Source of the DNA: an uncultured delta proteobacterium
GTDB taxonomy: Bacteria; Desulfobacterota; Binatia; Binatales; Binataceae
NCBI GenBank assembly: GCA_963842085.1
Contig: CAWJET010000001.1
Span: forward strand, 1,728,001 to 1,792,000
Direction: 5' to 3'
Length of the DNA: 64,000 bases
Shown: positions 56,460-64,000 of the stretch, piece by piece
Position numbering within the stretch: the first letter of the stretch is position 1
Layout: every line of letters starts with the position of its first letter
Position numbers and translations under genes: made by a program
Notes under the pieces: model-generated
What the model was told of the DNA's origin: nothing
What the model saw: the letters and a program-made list of their open reading frames with translations, nothing else
The model's database searches: none

Positions 56460-58508
56460 ATGCGGTCTTTTAATTGGATCCTGCCAACGATAGTCGCGTT
56501 AACGCTTTTAGTGCCGATCGCACATGCCGAGCAGCCTGCGTCCGCGCCTTCAGCGTCGCAGACCCGGAACAAAAAACCAGTGCCGGCAAAGAAGAAAGCC
56601 CATCCGCCGACGACGAAGCAGGAGGCGCAGAAGTTGACTCCGGTGGTCGTCACGGCGACGCGAATCCCACAGCCGATCGCCGATATCGGTACGACGATCA
56701 CGGTCGTCGAAGACCCGCAAATCCAGGAGCAGAAGATCGGCCGGGTCGAGAACGTGCTGCGCGAGGTGCCCGGCGTGCAGGTTACACAAAGCGGCTCGCC
56801 TGGCGCGGAGACCGACGTCTCGATTCGCGGTGCGACGCCGTCGCAGACGCTGGTGCTTGTGGATGGGGTCGAAGTAAACGCGGGCGCGACCGGCAGCTTC
56901 GACCTGGCCAACCTGACTACGGACAACCTCGATCGCGTCGAGATTTTGCGCGGTGCGGGCGGTTCGCTGTACGGCTCGCAGGCTATAGGCGGCGTCGTCA
57001 ACGTGCTGTCGCAGGAAGGCGAGGGCCCGCCGACGGCGAGCCTGCTTTCAGGCGGCGGCAATCGCGCGACCAGCGAGCAGGTCGCGACCGTCAGCGGCGC
57101 CGAGGGAAATCTCGGCTATTCCGGCGCCGTGTCGTACTTCTCGACCGACGGGTTTCGTCCGGTCAACGACAACTCCGACAATCTCGCGCTCAACGGGCGG
57201 CTCGACTACCACTTTGGCGACGACACCGTGCTCCGGGGCTTCGCGCGTTACATCGCGTCGAACGTGAGCCTGCCGAACTTCAACGTTTTTTCAGGGTCTG
57301 ACCTCGACCCAACCGCGCATGAGCGCAATGAGTTCATGCTGTTCAAGGGCGAAATCGAGCATCACTTCGGCGAGAAGTTGCTGGTGCGCACTAACTCGTT
57401 TTTCGTGCGCCAGGATCAGCGTACGACGTCAGTTCCGTATCAGGGCGCGATGAGCAGCGAGGAGGATCGCATCCCCGACGAGACTCGCGGCGGACTTATC
57501 GAGGCGCTCTACACCTGGGGCGCCGGCTTTCGCACGCTGGCAGGATTCGAGTTCAGGGATTTGTGGGTCCGCTCGGATAGCATCTCGACGTTCCTGAACT
57601 TCGCCCCGCCTCCCCACTTCTCCACGTCGACCAGCCTGTACCGCGCGCGCCGCCAGGAATACGCGGGTTACCTCGAGCAGGAAGGCAGTTTTTTCAACGG
57701 CCACGTTCTGCTGACTGGCGGATTTCGCGTCGATGGCAACAGCCAGTTCGGCAAGGAGGTCAGCCCTGCGTGGTCGGTCGCGATTCCGATTACCCAAATC
57801 TCGACCACCTTGCGCGGCAGTTACAGCGAAGGCTTTCGCGCGCCGGCATTCGACGAGCTGTACTTCCCGAACTTCGGCAATCCCAATCTGAAGCCCGAGA
57901 TTTCGAGCGAGTACGACGGCGGATTCACCACCAATTTCGGCGAGCGTGCGTCTTTCACCGCGACCTATTTCTCGCGCCGCGTGAAGAACCTGATTGTCAC
58001 AGTGCCGTGCCCGTCGTGCCTCTTCGGTTCGGAAGCGGGCAATGCGGCGCGCGTTGATGTGCAAGGGGTGGAGATCGTGCCGAGTCTGACGCTCGTCAAG
58101 GGGCTCACGCTCAGCGGCAACGTGACTGTTCTCGACGAGACTCACGCCGATGCGGCCGGCTCAACGGCGGCACCCCTGCGCGTGGCAAAGCATACGGCAT
58201 CGGCGCTGCTGCAATACGTGCGGAGCGCGAATTTTCTTCCGCACGATCGGATCACAGCCAGCGTGAACTACATCTTCATCGGCGATCGCGACGACATCAC
58301 GGTCGAGTCCACGGTCGCGAATCACTCTGCGTACAGCCTCGTGAACGCGGTCGTCTCGTACGCGATGGGAATCCCGCTCAAGCATGTGCGCAACGAGGAA
58401 ATTTTCACGCGCGTGAATAACTTCATGGACCGCGACTATTCGGAGGCGTTCGGATTCAAAGCGCCGACGATTAACGTGCTGGCGGGGGTGAAGCTGGATT
58501 TCGACTAG
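56460..58508 (+). CDS. btuB: TonB-dependent cobalamin receptor
   Basis: Signal peptide, TonB box VVVTATR, plug motif RVEILRGAGGSLYGSQAIGGVVN, GNPNLKPE; lies behind a B12 riboswitch. Confidence 0.9.
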   Translation: MRSFNWILPTIVALTLLVPIAHAEQPASAPSASQTRNKKPVPAKKKAHPPTTKQEAQKLTPVVVTATRIPQPIADIGTTITVVEDPQIQEQKIGRVENVLREVPGVQVTQSGSPGAETDVSIRGATPSQTLVLVDGVEVNAGATGSFDLANLTTDNLDRVEILRGAGGSLYGSQAIGGVVNVLSQEGEGPPTASLLSGGGNRATSEQVATVSGAEGNLGYSGAVSYFSTDGFRPVNDNSDNLALNGRLDYHFGDDTVLRGFARYIASNVSLPNFNVFSGSDLDPTAHERNEFMLFKGEIEHHFGEKLLVRTNSFFVRQDQRTTSVPYQGAMSSEEDRIPDETRGGLIEALYTWGAGFRTLAGFEFRDLWVRSDSISTFLNFAPPPHFSTSTSLYRARRQEYAGYLEQEGSFFNGHVLLTGGFRVDGNSQFGKEVSPAWSVAIPITQISTTLRGSYSEGFRAPAFDELYFPNFGNPNLKPEISSEYDGGFTTNFGERASFTATYFSRRVKNLIVTVPCPSCLFGSEAGNAARVDVQGVEIVPSLTLVKGLTLSGNVTVLDETHADAAGSTAAPLRVAKHTASALLQYVRSANFLPHDRITASVNYIFIGDRDDITVESTVANHSAYSLVNAVVSYAMGIPLKHVRNEEIFTRVNNFMDRDYSEAFGFKAPTINVLAGVKLDFD

Positions 58509-58517
58509 GCCTGCTTC

Positions 58518-58606
58518 TTGTCATTCTGAGCGGAGCGAAGGAATCCCGGTAACTGTGCGAAGGCAAGTATCACATCCGGGATTCTTTGCTTCGCTCAGAA
58601 TGACAA
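58518..58606. repeat. repeat family B inverted pair between convergent btuB and glnE
   Basis: ttgtcattctgagcggagcgaaggaatcccgg..ccgggattctttgcttcgctcagaatgacaa. Confidence 0.85.
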
Positions 58607-58620
58607 AGTGGACGCGCGCA

Positions 58621-61587
58621 TCAAGTTCCGCTCGCTTGCGCGGCGGCGAAATAACGCTCGAAGATTGCGCGGATTCGATCGCGGCGCTCGGACAGCTCGG
58701 CGAGCATTCGCGCGGCACCGTCTGCGCCTTCGAATCCCATCCGGCGGGCTAGCGGGCGCAGACCCGTCACGGAGGTCGGGATTGCCCAAGCGGGCTGATC
58801 GCTCTCGATGCGGAGCCGATTTTCCAGCCGCGCCAAAAACCGGTAGTCGTCTTCGAGAGCGTCCGCGTCGGCGGGCGCCAGCAGATTTAGGCTGCCGAGC
58901 GCCTCGAGCAATCCGATCGTGTCGCGCACGCGCAGCTCCGGATGGCGATGGCCGTGAGACAGCGCCATCATCTGCGCCAGGAACTCGACATCCACCAGAC
59001 CGCCGTGACCCTGCTTGATGTTGAGCCGGGTCTTGTCCTCGGCGCCGATTTCCATCTCCATCCGGTGGCGCATCGCGGCGATTTCGCCGACCTCGGCCGC
59101 CGTCAGTCCGCGGCCGTACACGAATTCCTGGCGCGCCGCTTCGACTTCGCGGCCCAGTTCGCGGTCGCCGGTTATCACGCGCGCGCGCACCAGCGCCTGG
59201 CGCTCCCAGACCGCCGAACTTTGCCGATGATAGTCGCGAAAGCCCGCGAGCGACGTAACCAGCGGACCCGCGTTGCCTGACGGCCGCAGGCGCAGATCGA
59301 GCTTATAGGCGTAACCTTCGCGCGTGCGCGATTCGAGGATCGCGATCAACTTCTGAGTTATTCTTGATGCAATTTCGCGGCTGCCGGCGGCGACTTCCGC
59401 GCGATCGTCATAGACAAAGATCAAGTCGAGGTCGGAGTTGTATGACATTTCACCGGCGCCGAGCCGGCCCATCGCAATCGCGCACAGCCGCATCGTGGCC
59501 GGAATCGCGAAGCGAGCCTCGGTCTGGATTCGCGCGAGCGCCATCGCCTCGTCCAGCACTGTTTCGGCCAGCGTCGTGAGCTCGCGTTCGACGTCGAACA
59601 GTTCAAGGTCCCCGGCCAGGTCGGCGATTGCGATGCGCAAAAACTCCTGATGGCGAAACGTGCGGAGCGCGTCGAGCTTGCTCTCGAAATCGGGACTCGC
59701 GGCGATCAATCCCGCCAGCTCGTCGCGGAGTTCAGCCGGACTGCGCCGCGTCGCCGCGAGGTCGGAGCGCACGAGCGTATCGAGCATGTCGGGATGGCGG
59801 ATGAAGATGGTCGAGAGGTAGGCGCTCGAGGCGAACAGCCGCAGCAGGATGCGCCGGGTTGCGGGATGCTGCTCGAGCAGCGCCAGGAACGAGGTCCGCG
59901 CGCCGATCGCAGCGATGAGCTCGGCCAGGTTCATCAGCGCGAGATCGGGATCAGGCAGCCTGCCTATCTCATCGATCAGCATCGGGCCCAGGCGTTCGAG
60001 CAGCTCGCGACGGCGCGGGCTGGTCGGCGCATGCGAGGGTCCGCGCGCGAGCAGCTCGAGATGGCGCGCGCTTTGGTCGGCGCGGGCAAAGCCGAGCTCG
60101 CGCAGGTAGCGGGTCGAGGAGTCCGGGTCGAGGGCGGAGTTCCACGCCAGCTCCGCCGCGGAGGACACAGAACGGGTCGATTCTTCGTCGCCGCCGGCGA
60201 GAGTCTCGCGGAATTGCAGCTCGATCAGCGCGCGATGCGACTTCAATTTCTCGCTGAATTTCTCGAGTGAGCCCGCGCGCTTGCCAAATCCCAGCCGCGC
60301 GGCAAGCGCGCGCATCCCGTCCTGGTCGGCGGGCAGCACATGGGTCTGCAGGCCGGCGACGATTTGCAGCTTGTGTTCGACGTCGCGCAGGAACAGGTAC
60401 GCGTCGGAAAGTTCACGCGCGCGTTTCGACGGCAGGTAGCCGAGCGAATCGAGCTTGTCGAGCGCGGCGACAGTCTGCTCGACTCGAAGCCGGGGGTCGC
60501 GTCCACCGTAGATCAGCGTGAGCGCCTGCACGATGAATTCGAGCTCGCGGATCCCGCCGCGGCCGAGCTTGATGTTGCGCTCGACCATCGCGGGCGTTTT
60601 CAGTTCCGCCTCGATCTGATGCTTCATCGCGCGCAACTGGCGCAACGTGTCGAAATCGAGGTAGCTGCGAAACACAAAGTGATTCAGCTCGGCGCGCAGT
60701 TGATGGCCGATCTCGAGCGCGCCAGCGACCGGCCGTGCGCGCAGCAGCGCGGCGCGCTCCCACGTCTCGCCAAGATTCTCGTAGTAGTTGATCGCGCCTT
60801 CAATCGGCGTAACCAGCGGCGCGAAACGGCCGCCGGGCCGCAGGCGCAGATCGATTCGAAAGCATCGTGCCGACAAAATTTCGGTAAACCACTCGCCCAG
60901 GCGCGCCGCCGCTTCGGAACTATCCGGCGAGCCCGAGGACGCGTGAAGATAAACCAAATCGACGTCCGAGCTAAGGTTCAGTTCGCGCGCCCCAAGCTTG
61001 CCCATCGCCAGGATGCAGAATCGCCCAATCTCGCCCGCGCGTTCGCCCAGGAACCGAGTCGCAAGTTCGAGCGCGGTGCGAACGCATTCGTCGGCCAGCT
61101 CCGACATCGCGAGCGCCGTCTCGCCGACACTGATCCGGTCGAGCAGATCGGCAATCGCCACCTGGACCATCGTGCGGCGCATGAAACGCCCGAGCACCGC
61201 GGCCGCGGTCTGCCGGTCCGGCGCGTCGATCGCGGCGCGTTCCGTTCGCATTGCGGCGACCAGCCCGTCGATAGTCTGGGCGCGCGCGTCGAGAAAAATT
61301 TTCGCCCAATCCGCGCCGGCCAAGGACAACTCGGTCGCGATCAGCTCCGATGAACCGAGGCAAAAAATCAGGTCGCCGCCCGCGGCGCGATCGCGCAGCA
61401 CCTCCTTCAACGCGGCGGCGGAAATCTCGGCAAGCTTGGTTAGAAACGCGAGCGCCAATTGGTCGTCCGGCGCGCGATCCTTGACCGCGGCGAGCGCACT
61501 ATTCGCCAGGCGATCGTTGGCCAGGCGGTCCCTCAACCGATCGGCGAGGACGGTGTGCTGCGACGATTGCGCGGCCTTGCGTGGCAT
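58621..61587 (-). CDS. glnE: glutamine synthetase adenylyltransferase / adenylyl-removing enzyme
   Basis: Two NT domains: MGKLGARELNLSSDVDL..DLRLRP and MGRLGAGEMSYNSDLDL..DLRLRPSG; start 61587 or 61614. Confidence 0.95.
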   Translation of the reverse strand: MPRKAAQSSQHTVLADRLRDRLANDRLANSALAAVKDRAPDDQLALAFLTKLAEISAAALKEVLRDRAAGGDLIFCLGSSELIATELSLAGADWAKIFLDARAQTIDGLVAAMRTERAAIDAPDRQTAAAVLGRFMRRTMVQVAIADLLDRISVGETALAMSELADECVRTALELATRFLGERAGEIGRFCILAMGKLGARELNLSSDVDLVYLHASSGSPDSSEAAARLGEWFTEILSARCFRIDLRLRPGGRFAPLVTPIEGAINYYENLGETWERAALLRARPVAGALEIGHQLRAELNHFVFRSYLDFDTLRQLRAMKHQIEAELKTPAMVERNIKLGRGGIRELEFIVQALTLIYGGRDPRLRVEQTVAALDKLDSLGYLPSKRARELSDAYLFLRDVEHKLQIVAGLQTHVLPADQDGMRALAARLGFGKRAGSLEKFSEKLKSHRALIELQFRETLAGGDEESTRSVSSAAELAWNSALDPDSSTRYLRELGFARADQSARHLELLARGPSHAPTSPRRRELLERLGPMLIDEIGRLPDPDLALMNLAELIAAIGARTSFLALLEQHPATRRILLRLFASSAYLSTIFIRHPDMLDTLVRSDLAATRRSPAELRDELAGLIAASPDFESKLDALRTFRHQEFLRIAIADLAGDLELFDVERELTTLAETVLDEAMALARIQTEARFAIPATMRLCAIAMGRLGAGEMSYNSDLDLIFVYDDRAEVAAGSREIASRITQKLIAILESRTREGYAYKLDLRLRPSGNAGPLVTSLAGFRDYHRQSSAVWERQALVRARVITGDRELGREVEAARQEFVYGRGLTAAEVGEIAAMRHRMEMEIGAEDKTRLNIKQGHGGLVDVEFLAQMMALSHGHRHPELRVRDTIGLLEALGSLNLLAPADADALEDDYRFLARLENRLRIESDQPAWAIPTSVTGLRPLARRMGFEGADGAARMLAELSERRDRIRAIFERYFAAAQASGT

Positions 61588-61698
61588 CAGGTTAACGATA
61601 ACAGACGCAGCCATGCGCGCGCCGCAAGTTTGCGATGGCCCAGTTCGCGCCGCCGATGTTAAAATCCGGGCGTCAAAATCCACCGAAGGAGTCACGCC

Positions 61699-62373
61699 GT
61701 GATCGTTCTCTATACCACCGAACGCGATTATCCGTGGGGCACGTTGCGCTCGACGCACGCCTGCAAGACCAAGGTCGTCCTCGAAGAGAAAAACATCCCG
61801 TACCGGATCGAGAACCTGCCGCCGGGAAATCTCTGGAAGAAACCGCCCGAGATGCTCGCGAAGCATCCGCTCGGCAAGGTGCCCTATATTGAGGATGGCG
61901 AGCTGGTGATTTTCGACTCGACGGTAATCGACGAGTACCTCGAGGAGCGCTACGGGCCGCCGCGCCTGATGCCGTCGGATCCGAAGCAGCGGATGCGCGT
62001 GCGCGAGATCGAGAATTTCGCCGACGAGGCGATGTTGATCGGCAGCGTGCCGCTTATCTGGCCGCCCTACTGGAGCCCGCCAGAAAAGCGCGATGCCGCA
62101 AGCATGGAGCGAGGGCGCGAGATGCTACGAACACGCGACCTGCCGTTCATCGAGCGCGTGCTCGGGCAGGCTGGCGCCGGCGGTTACGTGTGCGGAGAAT
62201 TTTCGCTGGCTGACGTGCCGCTGATGGCGCTGGCGATGGTGCTCGACGTTGACGCGATGAAGCTCGATGCGTTCCCACGAGTCGACAAGTATCTCAAGCG
62301 GCTGCGCGAGCGCCCGAGCTATCGCGCTATCAGCCCGCACACGAAGGTGGCCGAAGCAAGCTCGCGCGCCTGA
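61699..62373 (+). CDS. glutathione S-transferase
   Basis: HPLGKVP, FDSTVIDEYL, FSLADV; AAGGAG RBS. Confidence 0.92.
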   Translation: MIVLYTTERDYPWGTLRSTHACKTKVVLEEKNIPYRIENLPPGNLWKKPPEMLAKHPLGKVPYIEDGELVIFDSTVIDEYLEERYGPPRLMPSDPKQRMRVREIENFADEAMLIGSVPLIWPPYWSPPEKRDAASMERGREMLRTRDLPFIERVLGQAGAGGYVCGEFSLADVPLMALAMVLDVDAMKLDAFPRVDKYLKRLRERPSYRAISPHTKVAEASSRA

Positions 62374-62385
62374 CCCCGCGCAAGA

Positions 62386-63468
62386 TCAGGTATTCTGCGC
62401 GACAGTCCTTTTCGAGTGATGGGTCTTCGAGGAAGCGTGGTGATGTGACGCGTGCGACCTCCGCGAGCGTTTCGGCGGCGCGAAGTCGGTCTTGATCGGC
62501 GCGGGCCGAATGGCAGGCTCGTCCTCGATGCCCGGGAAGTACTTGTCCTCGTTGCGATGTACCTGCAAGGCGGCCAGGAACTCCGCGTAGTAATTCTTCA
62601 CGGCGAAGCCGAAATGCGGTCCCTGGTAATGCTCGACCATTTCCGAGTAGTCGCCGCCGTAAATTCCGGCCGCGCGTGCGATTCCGCCGGTGCCGTAGTT
62701 GTATGCCGTGATCGCCAGCGGCCAATCGCCGAGCGTCTCGTAGTTCGACCGCAGCAGCTTGGCGGCAGCTTGGGTCTCGCGCACCGGATTCAGGCGATCG
62801 TCGTGATAGCGCGTGATTCTCATGTAGTGCTTGCCGGTATCGCGCGTGAACTGCCAGATCCCGACCGCGCCCGCGCTCGAGCGCGAAGCGCCGTGGAAGC
62901 CCGACTCGACGTGCGCCAGAGTCACCAACTCGGGCGGGAGCCCCGCGCTGCGGAAAATCCGCTCCATCGTCGGCATATAGTAACGGCTGCGCAACAGCCC
63001 GTCGTGAAATTGTTCGCGCAGCCCTTCCTGCACGCGCAAGTTCTGCGCCGCGGCGGCGCAGGCGCTCGGCGGCTCGCCCTTGAACATCGCGGCGATTTGA
63101 CGCTCTTCGTCGTCGGCCGGTTCGCGTCCCGCAGCGAGGCGATTGAGGATATCGCCATATTTTATCTTGAGGTAGTCGTTCGCCCAGTCGATGTCGCTGC
63201 GGGTCGGCTGGCCGTCACCCGGAAGATGGAACACGCGGTAGATGCGGGACACGTCGTCGCGATCGACGACCACGAAGTCGCGTTCTGAGTACTTTGTAAA
63301 AACATTGACCCAGAAATCGACATTAGGCTCGATCGAAGCCGGGTGCGGGAACGGAAGCTTGGTTTCCGACGACGCGTTGGGCGGGGCCGCAATGCCGAAA
63401 ACAATCGCGAGCGTTAACGCCGCGACTGCCTTTACGATTCGGCTCGCTGCCAGCTTCGTTCCGAGCAA
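62386..63468 (-). CDS. MltD-like lytic transglycosylase (SLT domain)
   Basis: LAHVESGF, AGAVGIWQF, LAITAYNYG; start approximate. Confidence 0.9.
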   Translation of the reverse strand: MLGTKLAASRIVKAVAALTLAIVFGIAAPPNASSETKLPFPHPASIEPNVDFWVNVFTKYSERDFVVVDRDDVSRIYRVFHLPGDGQPTRSDIDWANDYLKIKYGDILNRLAAGREPADDEERQIAAMFKGEPPSACAAAAQNLRVQEGLREQFHDGLLRSRYYMPTMERIFRSAGLPPELVTLAHVESGFHGASRSSAGAVGIWQFTRDTGKHYMRITRYHDDRLNPVRETQAAAKLLRSNYETLGDWPLAITAYNYGTGGIARAAGIYGGDYSEMVEHYQGPHFGFAVKNYYAEFLAALQVHRNEDKYFPGIEDEPAIRPAPIKTDFAPPKRSRRSHASHHHASSKTHHSKRTVAQNT

Positions 63469-63665
63469 AATCTTCTCCCCGCGCTCGAGCCCCCATTCGA
63501 GCGCCCTTCCCGGCCACAAGCTCCCCGCCGGAAAAGATACTCTATGAATTAGCTGCCATTGCTCCAGTAGTCAACGAATTCCATGCCTAGGCTTCAGGTG
63601 AAACTTGCGATCACCCGTTTAAGACGCTGGCGGGTGGTGCTTGACATCGCGGGTGCGCCGATGTA

Positions 63666-63684
63666 ATTGAGAATCATTCTCAAT
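63666..63684. promoter_or_regulatory. Fur-box-like operator
   Basis: Perfect 9-1-9 palindrome ATTGAGAAT-C-ATTCTCAAT just downstream of a TTGACA -35 element. Confidence 0.8.
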
Positions 63685-63698
63685 CTCAGGAGCGCCTC

Positions 63699-64000
63699 GT
63701 GACTCTCAAGACCATTTCTACCGCCTCAGCCATCGCAATCGCTTCACTCGCAGTCCTCGCCGTATGTGCATCGTCATCAGCGCGCGCCGCCGGCGATTCG
63801 TCGCAACTGCGCTTCCACGCCGGTGCCGTTGAGCCCACAAGTCTGACGCTGCCTGCCAACACTCCCGTCCAACTGCAGGTCACCAATGATGGCGATGCGG
63901 CCGTCGAGTTCGAGAGCTTCGAGCTGCACCGCGAGCGCGTCGTGCAACCGGGACAGACGATCACCGTGTACCTCCCGGCGCTACCGCCCGGCACCTATCC
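63699..64000 (+). CDS. cupredoxin-domain periplasmic protein (EfeO-N/FtrB-like), 3'-partial
   Basis: Missing from the ORF track. AGGAG RBS, GTG, signal peptide, then EPTSLTLPANTPVQLQVTN..EFESFELHRERVVQPG..LPPGTY. Confidence 0.85.
   Translation, partial: MTLKTISTASAIAIASLAVLAVCASSSARAAGDSSQLRFHAGAVEPTSLTLPANTPVQLQVTNDGDAAVEFESFELHRERVVQPGQTITVYLPALPPGTY

Overview
GC-rich bacterial chromosomal segment. The gene content (many SDR/LLM/GST/MFS genes, LemA-TPM, GlnE) resembles soil Candidatus Binatota/Deltaproteobacteria-like genomes; this taxonomy is inference. Conserved or metabolic genes include a sigma54 activator, rpsU, glgP, tpx, glnE, a cobamide salvage cluster (bluB, cobT, cobS, cobU, cobalamin riboswitch, btuB), a PemK/MazF toxin-antitoxin pair and several oxidoreductase operons. 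Highlights the ORF track does not show: (1) a selenoprotein of the PrdB/GrdB type at 48201..49049, split by an in-frame UGA in a U-x-x-C motif and followed by a SECIS-like hairpin; (2) an accessory block (about 23.1-33.2 kb) between a MITE and an integrase remnant, carrying a DOMON-like/DUF1460/GT2/DUF4922/SpoIID cell-wall cluster and a flippase-like::L,D-transpeptidase fusion; (3) a nest of three families of palindromic repeats at 4.1-7.1 kb that brackets a ferritin-like gene and a truncated DNA fragment; (4) a 67-bp-period tandem motif just downstream of rpsU. Two genes carry single-base frameshifts that may be sequencing errors. I saw no rRNA, tRNA or CRISPR array. All family assignments come from motif recognition, not database searches.
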